The translations under genes and the position numbers were made by a program. From assembly GCA_965216785.1 (NCBI GenBank), contig OZ244197.1:1952001-2016000 (forward strand): 64,000 nt of DNA, in the 5' to 3' direction. This stretch comes from Thermodesulfobacteriota bacterium (GTDB lineage Bacteria; Desulfobacterota_D; UBA1144; Nemesobacterales; UBA2774). Below are positions 41,722 through 51,846 of this stretch, one piece after another. The notes below the pieces were generated by a model that saw nothing but the letters and a program-made list of their open reading frames with translations, did no database searches and was not told the origin of the DNA. The first letter of the stretch is position 1. Each line of letters starts with the position of its first letter.

Positions 41722-42993
41722 ATGAATGAAAAATATATTGCCGAGCTTATTAACGACGCCAATAAAGAAGCGGTCACGCGGATACTTTCCTCAGAACCCG
41801 TACTTACGGACGTTGCCCCAGCGCTAGACGCGGTGCCGGGGATGACCCCGACGACAGTGCTCCACGCCGGGCCTCCGATTACCTGGAGGAGGATGTGCGA
41901 CCCCATGAAAAGGGCCGTACGCGGAGCGCTGATTTTTGAGGGCCTCGCCAAGGACGACAAAGGGGCCGAAAAGCTTCTAAAGGACGGAAAGATAACTTTG
42001 GCGCCGGGGCACCATTACGATGCCGTAGGCCCTATGACCGGAATAATATCCGCCTCGATGCCCGTTGTAGTCACAAAGGACCATACTCACGGAAAGACAG
42101 TTTGCTCCACTTTTAACGAAGGCGGCGGCAGGGTGATGTGGTTTGGCTCTGTCTCTCCCGAGACAATAGAGAGGCTTAAGTTTATCCGCGACGTTTTCGG
42201 CCCTACAATGAAAAAGATTTTGAAGAAAACGGGCGGGATACCCGTGTGGAGCATACTAGCGCAGGGGATACAGATGGGAGACGAGTGCCATAACCGCCAC
42301 GCCTCAAGCACGAACATACTCGTGAAAACCATAGTAGAGCCCCTGTTTTCACTTAGCATCCCGAAAAAGCAGGCGTTTCAGGTATACAGGTTTATCGCGG
42401 GAAACAGCCACTTTTTCCTTAACTTTTCAATGACTGCGTGCAAGCTGGCGATGGACGCGGCAAGAGACATAGAGAATTCAACTATAGTGACGGCAATGTC
42501 GCGTAACGGCACGGATTTCGGGATCAGGGTAAGCGGCCTGGGAGACAAATGGTTTACAGCGCCTGCGCCCTACCTCCTTGACGCGCTCTATAACCCGGGC
42601 TACGGACCGAGTGACGGCGCTCCGGACATAGGGGACAGCTCGATCATAGAAACCATGGGCCTCGGCGGGTTCGCCATAGCCGCAGCACCCTCAATGGCCT
42701 CATTCGCCGGGGGCGGTTATCAGGAATCAGTGGAGATTACAAAGAGAATGGGCCAGATAACGACGGTTAAAAATACAAAGTTCGGGATCCCCTCGCTTGA
42801 TTTTGAGGGTACGCCGCTTGGGATTGACATAAGAAAGGTAGTGGAGACTGAGATCCTACCGAGCATAAACAGCGCGGTCGTGCACAAGAGCTCGGGGGCC
42901 GGGCAGATTGGGGCTGGAATAGTGCACGCCCCTTATGAGTGCTTCACGAAAGCGGTGTTGGAGTTTGGCAAGCAATATAAGCTTGCGGCATAG
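41722..42993 (+). CDS. DUF1116 protein (YlbE/YahG, oxamate carbamoyltransferase AllG-like subunit)
   Basis: LHAGPP, AVGPMTG..SASM, QMGDECHNR, MSRNGTDFGIRVSG, DIGDSSI.ET.GLGG, GQIGAG. Confidence 0.9.
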   Translation: MNEKYIAELINDANKEAVTRILSSEPVLTDVAPALDAVPGMTPTTVLHAGPPITWRRMCDPMKRAVRGALIFEGLAKDDKGAEKLLKDGKITLAPGHHYDAVGPMTGIISASMPVVVTKDHTHGKTVCSTFNEGGGRVMWFGSVSPETIERLKFIRDVFGPTMKKILKKTGGIPVWSILAQGIQMGDECHNRHASSTNILVKTIVEPLFSLSIPKKQAFQVYRFIAGNSHFFLNFSMTACKLAMDAARDIENSTIVTAMSRNGTDFGIRVSGLGDKWFTAPAPYLLDALYNPGYGPSDGAPDIGDSSIIETMGLGGFAIAAAPSMASFAGGGYQESVEITKRMGQITTVKNTKFGIPSLDFEGTPLGIDIRKVVETEILPSINSAVVHKSSGAGQIGAGIVHAPYECFTKAVLEFGKQYKLAA

Positions 42994-43053
42994 ATTAAAA
43001 GACGAAAAGACACTGGAATAATAAGTTTGTTACGGAAGAATTGAGACGAAAAA

Positions 43054-44601
43054 ATGGCAACAATAAGCACAATAAAGAAAAATCACTATCAGGACTCGAT
43101 GAAGCTGATGCAGATCAGCCAGAAGCTGCGCGCGCTGGAAGGCATTAAGGACGCGGCTGCTATTATGGCCACGGAAGCAAACCTCGCAATGCTTAAAGAG
43201 GCCGGATTGATAAAAGAGATTCCCGCCGCGGCAAGCGCAAACGATCTGATCGTAGCTGTAGAAGCCGTATCCGCTGATAAAGGCAACGAGGCGATAGAGA
43301 GCCTTGATTCCCTACTCCTCCCGGCTGATCTTACGGCTGCTTCCGAGGTCTCTTATAAAAGTATTGAGACCGCGGCACAAGCACTGCCGGGGGCGAATAT
43401 CGCAGTAGTTTCAGTGCCCGGAGAGTACGCGAAGATAGAAGTCGCAAAGGCGATTGAAAAGGGAATGCATACGTTTTTATTCAGTGACAATATATCGATA
43501 GACGAAGAAATCGAGCTTAAGGAAAGAGCCCGGGATAAGGGGCTATTGGTCATGGGTCCCGGGTGCGGGACGGCCATAATAAACGGCATAGGGCTTGGGT
43601 TTGCGAATGTGCTCAACAAAGGGACTATCGGCGTTATCGCAGCCGCGGGAACAGGGATGCAGGAGGTCACCAGCCTTATAGACAACCTTGGCTCGGGCAT
43701 AACGCACGCAATCGGCGTAGGTGGCAGGGATTTATCAGAAGACGTGGGCGGCATTACCACGCTCCAGGCGATAGGGATGCTCCATAATGATAGCGATACA
43801 CAAGTACTCCTTTTAGTTTCTAAGCCTCCTTCTGACAGTGTTGCCGCAAAGGTGCTCGAGGCTGTGAGGGAAACCGGTAAACCCGCCGTAATATGTTTTT
43901 TGGGCTCTGATCTCACAAGCGATGACAGGGATATCTATTTTGCTCCCACTTTGGACGAGGCCGCCGAGCGCGCCGTGCAGTTAAGCAGAAAAAGCAAAAG
44001 TAAACCTAAAATTAATTCAGCCAAGAACTGGAAAAAACTCCTGCGGGAATCTATTAAATCCCTGAGTCCGGGACAAAAATACCTGAGGGGACTTTATTCC
44101 GGAGGAACGCTCTGCTATGAAGCGCAGCAGGTGCTCGGCCCTATTGTCGGAAACATATACTCAAACGCCCCGCTCAATAAGGATTTTAAGCTAAAGGACT
44201 CGAACAAAAGCGAGCGCAACTCATGCATTGATCTTGGGGAAGAGGAGTTTACCGTAGGGCGGCCCCACCCGATGATCGACGCGACACTTAGAGGCGAGAG
44301 GCTTTTGAGTGAGGCGTCAAAAGCGAATGTGGGCGTAATACTTTTTGACATAGTTTTGGGACACGTGGCAAGCCCCGATCCGGCGGGCGATCTCTTGCCC
44401 GCGATCGTAGAGGCCAAAAAACGCGCGAAAAAGAAGGGACGGAACCTGGTATTCATATCCCACGTGTGCGGAACGGAGAACGACCCGCAGGTTTTAGAGG
44501 AGCAGGAGGAAAAACTGAGGAGCGAGGGTGTTCTGGTTTTTCCGACAAATGCGCTTGCGTCAAAGGCTTCGGGGCTTATTACTAGCAGAGGTGAAGTATA
44601 A
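43054..44601 (+). CDS. fdrA: acyl-CoA synthetase-like FdrA/YahF protein (AllF-like)
   Basis: YQDSMKLM, SVPGEYA, FSDN, VMGPGCGT, GTGMQE, GGRDLS, SKPP, GLYSGGTLCYEA, FTVGRPHPMID, GTENDPQ. Confidence 0.9.
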   Translation: MATISTIKKNHYQDSMKLMQISQKLRALEGIKDAAAIMATEANLAMLKEAGLIKEIPAAASANDLIVAVEAVSADKGNEAIESLDSLLLPADLTAASEVSYKSIETAAQALPGANIAVVSVPGEYAKIEVAKAIEKGMHTFLFSDNISIDEEIELKERARDKGLLVMGPGCGTAIINGIGLGFANVLNKGTIGVIAAAGTGMQEVTSLIDNLGSGITHAIGVGGRDLSEDVGGITTLQAIGMLHNDSDTQVLLLVSKPPSDSVAAKVLEAVRETGKPAVICFLGSDLTSDDRDIYFAPTLDEAAERAVQLSRKSKSKPKINSAKNWKKLLRESIKSLSPGQKYLRGLYSGGTLCYEAQQVLGPIVGNIYSNAPLNKDFKLKDSNKSERNSCIDLGEEEFTVGRPHPMIDATLRGERLLSEASKANVGVILFDIVLGHVASPDPAGDLLPAIVEAKKRAKKKGRNLVFISHVCGTENDPQVLEEQEEKLRSEGVLVFPTNALASKASGLITSRGEV

Positions 44602-44602
44602 A

Positions 44603-45559
44603 ATGGCTGATAAACTAAAATCCGCAGTAGTGGCATTCGGCGGGAACGCTCTTATGGGTGAGGATGGAAACAGCACCTACAAAGAGCAGATGATTAAGAC
44701 AGACATAATGTGCAATAAGCTCCTTACACTCTTTAACATGGGATACAGGATACTTATTACGCACGGGAACGGCCCGCAGGTAGGAAACTTCCTTATGCAG
44801 CAAGAGTGTCTGGCGGAGAACGTGCCCCCGATGCCCCTTGACGCGTGTAACGCGATGACCCAGGGGCAAATCGGCTACATGATCGAGCAGAGACTTCGAA
44901 ATACTTTTACTGAGAACAATATTCATAAACCCATAATCGTATTCATCACGCAGGTAGTCGTCGCTGAAAATGACCCTGCGTTTAATAAACCCACAAAGTT
45001 TATAGGGCCTTTCTTTAATAAAGAGCAGAGCGATAAGCTGAGCAGAGACGAGGGATGGCTGATGAGAGAAGACTCCGGCAGGGGTTTCAGGCGTATAGTG
45101 GCCTCTCCGAAACCCATAGATATTATTGAGAAAGAAGAGATAGCAGACATGTCGGAAAGGGATTTTGTCGTCATCGCGTGCGGCGGGGGAGGGATCCCGG
45201 TGCTAAGGGATGAGAAAAATCTGCTCAGAGGCGTACCCGCAGTTATAGATAAAGACTTTGCTGCGGAGAGGATAGGGAGCTATATCGGCGCGGAGCTTTT
45301 ACTGTTAATCACACCGGTGGATCGGGTGGCAATTAATTTCGGTAAACCCGAGCAAGAGTTTATTTCAGAGATGACGCTCCAGGAGGCACAGCAGTATTTG
45401 AAGGAGGGGCATTTCCCGCCGGGCAGCATGGGACCTAAGATGCAGGCCGCGATTGAGTTTTTGCAGGCGGGAGGGAAGAAAGCAATTATCACATCGCTTG
45501 ATTGTATAGAATCGGCGATTAAAGGAGAGGGCGGAACTCAAATAATAAATAGTCACTAA
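44603..45559 (+). CDS. arcC: carbamate kinase
   Basis: VAFGGNAL, THGNGPQVG, PTKFIG, EDSGRGFRRIVASP, GGGGIPV, VIDKD, GSMGPK; start moved to MADK. Confidence 0.94.
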   Translation: MADKLKSAVVAFGGNALMGEDGNSTYKEQMIKTDIMCNKLLTLFNMGYRILITHGNGPQVGNFLMQQECLAENVPPMPLDACNAMTQGQIGYMIEQRLRNTFTENNIHKPIIVFITQVVVAENDPAFNKPTKFIGPFFNKEQSDKLSRDEGWLMREDSGRGFRRIVASPKPIDIIEKEEIADMSERDFVVIACGGGGIPVLRDEKNLLRGVPAVIDKDFAAERIGSYIGAELLLLITPVDRVAINFGKPEQEFISEMTLQEAQQYLKEGHFPPGSMGPKMQAAIEFLQAGGKKAIITSLDCIESAIKGEGGTQIINSH

Positions 45560-45746
45560 AATTTTGAGCCGCGCTATGATGAGAAGATGTTGAATTCGGA
45601 TCACATTTATTTTAAGATGGGGATGGTGGGTTTTGCATTTAATACTGACATTGAAAATTGGTATGTAGATTAATAAACACGGCAAAAAACGGGCTCCTTG
45701 ATCAGACAGAGGGGTACCAATAAACTAACCTTAGGAGGTGCGTATC

Positions 45747-46238
45747 ATGGCAGTAGACAGAGTAAAGGCCGATAGGCCCGAAAATGGTAAAGCTTTAGTG
45801 AATTACGAGGAGAAACTTTTCCCGGATCATCAGGCGAATGAGGGCGAAAAAGCTCTATTCCTCGTCCACTCGGTCCCTTATGAAGGATCGGTGGCAGGTA
45901 TCAACATGCTTACGGCTATCAGAACCAAGAGGAAAGGCTATGATACCAAGGTGCTTTTCTACGGTCCTGCATCTGCCATACCTGCGTACAGGGGATGGCC
46001 TAACGTAGGAGACGACGGTTACGGCGCGGGCATTCAGCTTTACCCTAACCTCGTTAACAGAATGCTGGAGGAAGGTATTACGGTTTACGCATGCCGTTTT
46101 TCAGCTGCGGCGCTTCTGGGTATGAATGAGTCTAACTTCATCGAGGGCGTAATACCGATTCATCCTACGGATATTCTGGATATAGTGATTGAGCATCACA
46201 GGGCTGGAGCCATGATGTTTAATACATGGACGATGTAA
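45747..46238 (+). CDS. MSMEG_0572/Sll0783 family nitrogen starvation response protein (DsrE-like)
   Basis: LVNYEEKLFPD..A.EGEKAL, HSVPYEGSV, TAIR..RKG, VYACRF, PIHPTDILD, NTWT; AGGAGG RBS. Confidence 0.9.
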   Translation: MAVDRVKADRPENGKALVNYEEKLFPDHQANEGEKALFLVHSVPYEGSVAGINMLTAIRTKRKGYDTKVLFYGPASAIPAYRGWPNVGDDGYGAGIQLYPNLVNRMLEEGITVYACRFSAAALLGMNESNFIEGVIPIHPTDILDIVIEHHRAGAMMFNTWTM

Positions 46239-46287
46239 TTTAGTAACGCTATTTAGCTATTTTGTATTGAAGTCAGGAGCATTGTTT

Positions 46288-46312
46288 GCCGGTCCGGCGT
46301 TAGCGGGCCGGC
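46288..46312 (+). other. GC-rich intercistronic hairpin without U-tract
   Basis: GCCGGTCCG-gcgttag-CGGGCCGGC. Confidence 0.55.
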
Positions 46313-46352
46313 GCGAGGTTCTTTACCTAAATAATTTTACAGGGGGCACAAG

Positions 46353-47489
46353 ATGGACTCGACTACCCTTAAAGTAGAGTTGCAAAGTCTGGGCCTTAGG
46401 CTTCCGGATACGAAAGGTATAAGGAGCGGAGGGGCGGGACCAACAGGGGGGATACATCTGAAAATCCTTCCCGACGGCGAGGCGAATATCCCTGTTGTAG
46501 GGGATTTTGTTAAATCCTCACCTTATTACCTGGACGAGATAAACGGAGAATACTGGATATTTAAGGACGACGTGGCCATGGCTCAGGTGGAGCCTATGGG
46601 AAGCGCGAAGTTCGCGGAGCACGAGACTTCGGTCGGAGTATCGATGCAGAAAGTCGGTATTCTCCACTGTCCTACAACATTTGCAACTACGCTTCTTCAG
46701 ACCTGCGATTTCTGGCGGGACGAGAGGAGGTGTCAGTTCTGCGGCATCGAGCTTACGCTTAAAGACCGCAGCACTGTAGGGTTTAAAAACGCTAAGAGTC
46801 TGGTCGAGACCATTCAGCTCGCAAAGGAGCTTGACGGCATTTCAAATATAGTCTTTACCTCGGGCGTCGCGCCCGATGAGGAAAAGGCATTGGCTAAATA
46901 CGCTGAAATTTGCTCTCAGGTAAAGAAGGAAACTGGTCTCCCCATACAACTGCAGATAATCCCCCCTGAAGACTTCTCATGGTTTCAGAGATTAAAAGAC
47001 TCTGGTGTCGATGCTCTGGGAATTCACATCGAGACCTTTGACCCCGAGGTGTTTGAGCGCGTAACGCCCGGGAAAGCGAAGATCGGCTTTAATAGATATG
47101 TTGAATCATGGAAAGAGGCCGTGAGAGTTTTCGGGAGGTGGCAGGTAAGCACTTACGTGCTGGTAGGAATGGGCGAAGAGCTGCAAACAGTAGTGGACGG
47201 CACGAAGATGTGCGCTGAGATCGGGGTATACCCCTTTATAGTGCCGTTCAGACCTGTCGCGGGAACGCCTATGGAGAATGTGAAACCGCCGAGTCCCGAG
47301 ACCATGGAGTATGTGTACAGGGAAGCCGCGAAGATAATGTCCGAGTATGAAGACCCGGCCAAGAGCAGTATGGCTGGGTGCGTGAGCTGCGGGGAATGCT
47401 CGGCGCTTCCGGATTTTGAGGAAGCGGCCCGGCGGGAGAATGTAAAGTTCAAGAAGTTGATTAAGCCCATTAAGATTAAGGTGAGTTAA
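46353..47489 (+). CDS. MSMEG_0568 family radical SAM protein
   Basis: ELQSLGLR, RSGGAGP, ATTLLQTC-x8-CQFC, PGKA, GRWQVSTYVLVGMGE, GVYPFIVPFRP, AGCVSCGECSAL. Confidence 0.92.
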   Translation: MDSTTLKVELQSLGLRLPDTKGIRSGGAGPTGGIHLKILPDGEANIPVVGDFVKSSPYYLDEINGEYWIFKDDVAMAQVEPMGSAKFAEHETSVGVSMQKVGILHCPTTFATTLLQTCDFWRDERRCQFCGIELTLKDRSTVGFKNAKSLVETIQLAKELDGISNIVFTSGVAPDEEKALAKYAEICSQVKKETGLPIQLQIIPPEDFSWFQRLKDSGVDALGIHIETFDPEVFERVTPGKAKIGFNRYVESWKEAVRVFGRWQVSTYVLVGMGEELQTVVDGTKMCAEIGVYPFIVPFRPVAGTPMENVKPPSPETMEYVYREAAKIMSEYEDPAKSSMAGCVSCGECSALPDFEEAARRENVKFKKLIKPIKIKVS

Positions 47490-47517
47490 CTCGATAACAT
47501 ATAAAAGGTGGTTTTAA

Positions 47518-48861
47518 ATGGCTCAGGAAAATCTACGAATTATTGTTATAGGCGGAGGCGCGGGCGGAATATCGGCGGCGTCTACTTCAAAGGGGCTTTT
47601 ACCCGACGCCTCTATTACACTCTTTACCGAGTTTGAGGACGTAGCGTACAGCCCGTGCGGCATACCGTTTGTGCTGGGGAAGGAGATTCCGAATTTCGAT
47701 AACCTTTTCCTTCAGACCGCGGAGCATTACGCGAAGATCGGTATTGACCTCAGGTTAAAGACCAAGGTTACCGGGATCGATCTTCAGGAGCGTACAGTGA
47801 GCGTAGGCTCTGAGGCGTTTGAATGGGACCGGCTGGTGATTGCCACGGGGTTTGAGTACGACGAGCCCGACATCCCCGGGATCGATCTTGACAATATTTG
47901 GTACGTAAAGAACATCAGGCGCGCGATGGAATACGATAAAGAGCTTGAGACCATGAAAAAAGCCGTAGTCGTGTGCGCTACCCCGCTTGGAATAGAGATG
48001 GCGGGGAACCTAGCTCACAGGGGGCTTGAAACTCACCTGATAGACGAAGGCGCATGGCTTATGTCCGAGGTCGCGGACCCGGACATTATGGAGCCCGTAA
48101 AAGAATCGCTTGAGGAGATGGGCGCGCAAATGCACTTCGGCACAAAGGCGCTCGAGTTTAAAGGTGCGAATGGAAAAGTGTCGAGCGTTGTCACCTCGGA
48201 AGGCGAGATAGAGTGCGACGTTGTCGTCATAGCGGCCCATAAAAAGCCCAATAACCACCTCTCGGAAGCTGCCGGGATAGAGCTCGGCGCGACGGGGGGC
48301 ATAGTGGTGGACGATCATATGAAAACTTCTGTAGATAATGTTTTCGCGGCGGGAGACTGCACGGAGATTGTCCACGGCGTGACGGACATACCGATTCAGG
48401 GCCTTTCCGGAAGCCACGCTTATTCTCAGGGAAGAATCGCGGGAGCGAACGCCGCGGGAGACGACCGCGCGTATGACCCGGTATTCATACCCTGGGGGAT
48501 GGTCGGAGGGCAGGTGCAGATCGGGGGCGTATCTCTAGGGGAGACGCTTCACAAAGCGCTTGGCATTCCTCACGTCGTCGCTTATTCGATGGGTATCTCG
48601 AGAGCCAGGTACTACCCGGGTGTGACGAGGATACGCGTAAAGCTCATAGCTGACCCGTCTACAAAGAGAGTGCTTGGGGCTCAGATGGCGGGGGGCGAAG
48701 GTATAAAGGAGCGCGCGGACTTTTTGGCGTTTGTGATTAAGAGGGGGGTAACGCTGGACGAGCTTGCGTGGATGGAGAATGTGTACTCTCCCCCAATCGG
48801 AGCGCTGATGGAGCCTATCGCGCTTGCTGCGCAGGCGGGTCTGAGAGAGCTTTCCAAGTAG
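47518..48861 (+). CDS. FAD-dependent pyridine nucleotide-disulfide oxidoreductase (CoA-disulfide reductase/NADH oxidase-like)
   Basis: GGGAGG, YSPCGIP redox Cys, IATG, TSVDNVFAAGDC, YYPG, YSPP. Confidence 0.88.
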   Translation: MAQENLRIIVIGGGAGGISAASTSKGLLPDASITLFTEFEDVAYSPCGIPFVLGKEIPNFDNLFLQTAEHYAKIGIDLRLKTKVTGIDLQERTVSVGSEAFEWDRLVIATGFEYDEPDIPGIDLDNIWYVKNIRRAMEYDKELETMKKAVVVCATPLGIEMAGNLAHRGLETHLIDEGAWLMSEVADPDIMEPVKESLEEMGAQMHFGTKALEFKGANGKVSSVVTSEGEIECDVVVIAAHKKPNNHLSEAAGIELGATGGIVVDDHMKTSVDNVFAAGDCTEIVHGVTDIPIQGLSGSHAYSQGRIAGANAAGDDRAYDPVFIPWGMVGGQVQIGGVSLGETLHKALGIPHVVAYSMGISRARYYPGVTRIRVKLIADPSTKRVLGAQMAGGEGIKERADFLAFVIKRGVTLDELAWMENVYSPPIGALMEPIALAAQAGLRELSK

Positions 48862-48927
48862 GAGGCGAGGAAACAGCAAGGGTAATATGAGAGAGCAAAA
48901 GTATGAATTAATTTAGGAGATGAAATA

Positions 48928-49176
48928 ATGGCATTTGGACACTGGCTTAGAAAAAACGCGGAAAAACACCTTCAGGAAGCGGCTGCTGACGACTTGATAT
49001 CCCGCTACCCGGAAGCCTGTGAGAAGCCCTACAGGGAAAAGGGTTTGGACCACTTTTTCTGGCGGAGTATATTCGTGCCGGTGTATCTTGCGATACCTTG
49101 GAGTATTCGCAAAAAAATTATTTTAGCCACGTCTTACCCCGGAGGTAAGCGGCCTCATTGGAAGAAATATGATTGA
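48928..49176 (+). CDS. small hypothetical protein
   Basis: AGGAGA RBS; in operon; FFWRSIFVPVY. Confidence 0.7.
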   Translation: MAFGHWLRKNAEKHLQEAAADDLISRYPEACEKPYREKGLDHFFWRSIFVPVYLAIPWSIRKKIILATSYPGGKRPHWKKYD

Positions 49177-49245
49177 AATAAATATTTCATAGCCTGAGGC
49201 CAATAATAGTAAATAAAGCAATATTGCGAGAATCTTTACTCTCAA

Positions 49246-50250
49246 ATGAATACCCAACCAAAAATAAAACCCATCGATTTCAGGGCTCTGACAATAGGGA
49301 ATAAGGTCCTAAACATAATAGAGGATTCGGGGAATACTCTTTACGTACAGGGGGTTTTCGATCACGCGTTTTATCTGCGTGCCCGCTCGGGCGGTCTTGT
49401 TAAGATAGTTCGGGACAAAGATTTTTTGAGCCCCGCTTCCATACTTGTGAGCGGGGATAAAGAAATGGGCTTCGGCTCATCAGGGATAAGCGCGGAAACT
49501 GAATTTGTATACGAGGACGGCTCTCTAATTAGCCCTGACGGCGCCTATACTATTGAGCTTGAAAACGCCGGGGTATTCACATCTCCCGAGGTTCCCGCCC
49601 CGGAGCACCTGTCGAGCCTAGAGGAGATTAACCTTAATCTGAGGGTGCTTAAGGACACTATATATACAGCCCCATCGAGGGAGGGGCTCGTGCCGCTACT
49701 TGAAAAAGTGGAGAAGCTCGGGCCATTGGAGGTGTATACGAAGGAGCAAAAACCCTCTATGTCCGAGAAGGCAAGACCCTTTATAGACGGGCTGATGTGG
49801 GGTGTGTTCGGAGGAGATGTTCTTTCGATCAAAGATAGCGCCAGTGAATTGTTGGGACTGGGACCGGGGCTTACGCCTTCCTGTGACGACTTTCTTGCGG
49901 GGCTTTTGCTCAGCATAAATACCGCGGGGGCTTCTATATTTAAGAGCGAGCCTGAAACAATTGGGTTCTTCGCAAAAGTTTCAGAGCTGATATCGACGCT
50001 TGCGAAAGAGAAAACCACTGTTTACAGCCAAAGCTTATTAAATGAAGCGGCTTTGGGGGAAGGCCCCCAGAACGCGCTTGATTTAATAATCTCTTTAGTA
50101 ACAAAGGGCTCTGAGGGGATAACGGAGCCCGCGAAAAAGTTAATCTCTGTGGGAGAGACCTCCGGGGCCGATATAGCTATTGGCATTTATTACGGCGTCA
50201 GGTTTTTGACTTCGAGAATAGAGATGAAGGAGCTGCTCGAATTTGAATAA
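49246..50250 (+). CDS. DUF2877 protein (YlbF/YahE, AllH-like)
   Basis: LLGLGPGLTPSCDDFLAG, KTTVYS, VGETSGAD. Confidence 0.88.
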   Translation: MNTQPKIKPIDFRALTIGNKVLNIIEDSGNTLYVQGVFDHAFYLRARSGGLVKIVRDKDFLSPASILVSGDKEMGFGSSGISAETEFVYEDGSLISPDGAYTIELENAGVFTSPEVPAPEHLSSLEEINLNLRVLKDTIYTAPSREGLVPLLEKVEKLGPLEVYTKEQKPSMSEKARPFIDGLMWGVFGGDVLSIKDSASELLGLGPGLTPSCDDFLAGLLLSINTAGASIFKSEPETIGFFAKVSELISTLAKEKTTVYSQSLLNEAALGEGPQNALDLIISLVTKGSEGITEPAKKLISVGETSGADIAIGIYYGVRFLTSRIEMKELLEFE

Positions 50251-51436
50251 GATTGCGCTACTGACATATTCGACGAAGCCCAGGGGCGGAGTTGCCCATA
50301 CGCTCTCCCTTGCCGAGAGCCTGCAGAAGCTCGGGCGGGAAGTACACGTTTACGCGCTCGCCACGGGAAAGGATTTTTTCCGCCTGGTGAACGTGCCTTA
50401 CACCCTAATCCCGTGCCCGGATGTAGATTACAGCAGCATGGACGAGAAGGTGAAGAGCTACATAGATATCTACACGCGGTTCCTTGGTGAAGCCGCGGAC
50501 GAATATGAGCTTTTTCACGCCGAGGACTGTATATCGGCGAACGCTCTCTTTCATTTGCGTGAAAAGGGACTCATAGAACACTATGTTAGAACAGTGCACC
50601 ATATAGACGATTTTACCTCTGAGCCGCTGATAGATTGTCAGCTAAAAAGCATAGTGGAGCCTGATTATGTGGTGTCGGTAAGCAAGCTCTGGGAAAGGGA
50701 GCTAAGGGAGAAATATTCCATCGAGTCAGTGGTCATTAATAACGGAGTTTCCGTAGGGAATTTCACGCGATTGGATACCGCTTCTATCAAAGCGGCTAAA
50801 AAGAGCTTTAATGTAGAGGAGGCAAAGGTAATCCTTAGTATCGGGGGGATCGAGCCGCGCAAAAATACTTTAACGATTCTAAAAGCATTTCAGGCATCGA
50901 AATCAGAGCTTGAGAAAGCGGGCGAAAAGTTGGTATGGCTGATAGGAGGGGGAGAGACGCTCTTTGATTACAGGGATTACAGAGAACAGTTTTTCTCACA
51001 AGTAAATGAGCTTGGCTTAGAGCTTGGAAAAGACATCATTGTCCTCGGAAGCGTACCCGAGGAAAAGATGCGAGACCTCTACAGTTCGGCTGACGTTTTC
51101 GTTTTCCCATCCATTAAAGAAGGCTGGGGGCTCGTAGTGCTGGAGGCTATGGCTTCGGGGGTTCCGGTCATCGCCTCGAATATCGAGCCAATGACGGAGT
51201 ATCTGAAAGACGGGGAAAACGCTGCGCTCATATCTCCCATGGACTCAGGGTCACTCGCTCTTGGAATTACCAGCATAATTGGAAACGAAAAACTTAGATT
51301 AAAACTCATAGAAAACGGGGCTAAAACCGCGGCTATGTATAGCTGGGAATCAGCGGCGCGAAAGCACGCGGTGTTTTACGACGAGATATTAAAAAGCGGG
51401 AGTAGAGCGGAGAAGAGAGCGGTGGGACATGATTGA
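50243..51436 (+). CDS. MSMEG_0565 family glycosyltransferase (GT4)
   Basis: LLTYSTKPRGGVAH, HAEDCISANAL, RTVHHIDDF, GGIEPRKN, EGWGLVVLEAMASG. Confidence 0.92.
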   Translation: MNKIALLTYSTKPRGGVAHTLSLAESLQKLGREVHVYALATGKDFFRLVNVPYTLIPCPDVDYSSMDEKVKSYIDIYTRFLGEAADEYELFHAEDCISANALFHLREKGLIEHYVRTVHHIDDFTSEPLIDCQLKSIVEPDYVVSVSKLWERELREKYSIESVVINNGVSVGNFTRLDTASIKAAKKSFNVEEAKVILSIGGIEPRKNTLTILKAFQASKSELEKAGEKLVWLIGGGETLFDYRDYREQFFSQVNELGLELGKDIIVLGSVPEEKMRDLYSSADVFVFPSIKEGWGLVVLEAMASGVPVIASNIEPMTEYLKDGENAALISPMDSGSLALGITSIIGNEKLRLKLIENGAKTAAMYSWESAARKHAVFYDEILKSGSRAEKRAVGHD

Positions 51437-51818
51437 GGCAAAAGCTGTATGGAAAAAGAACTATCAGGTGAGGGTCGAGGCAAGACAGTTCACGGTGGAT
51501 ACGGACGAGCCGCCCGAGTACCGGGGCGAGGATACCGGGATGATGCCGACCGAGATGTTTATCGCATCGCTCGCGTCTTGTTTCTGCATGTCTCTTGTGT
51601 TTGTGGCTAAAAAAAACAGGATCGTCCTAAAAGATATGCAGGTTGAGGTAGGAGCGGAGGCGGACACTCAGAATTTTAGGTACTCAAAATTGATTGTAAA
51701 AGTTAGCAGCACTCTGCCGGATGATCAGGTGGAGGGTTTGATCGGGCAGGCCAAGAAATACTGTTATGTAAGCAATACGATCTCTGAGACTTGCCCCATT
51801 GAGTATGAGATCGCATGA
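51429..51818 (+). CDS. OsmC family protein
   Basis: DEPPEYRGEDTG..P.E, SLASC, KYCYVSNT. Confidence 0.88.
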   Translation: MIEAKAVWKKNYQVRVEARQFTVDTDEPPEYRGEDTGMMPTEMFIASLASCFCMSLVFVAKKNRIVLKDMQVEVGAEADTQNFRYSKLIVKVSSTLPDDQVEGLIGQAKKYCYVSNTISETCPIEYEIA

Positions 51819-51846
51819 ATATCCTAGGACTTAAAGGGAGAGAATT

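Noticed and set aside
45659-45675. sigma54 promoter upstream of the MSMEG_0572-type gene
   Set aside because: TGGTAT is present, but the -12 GC is missing.
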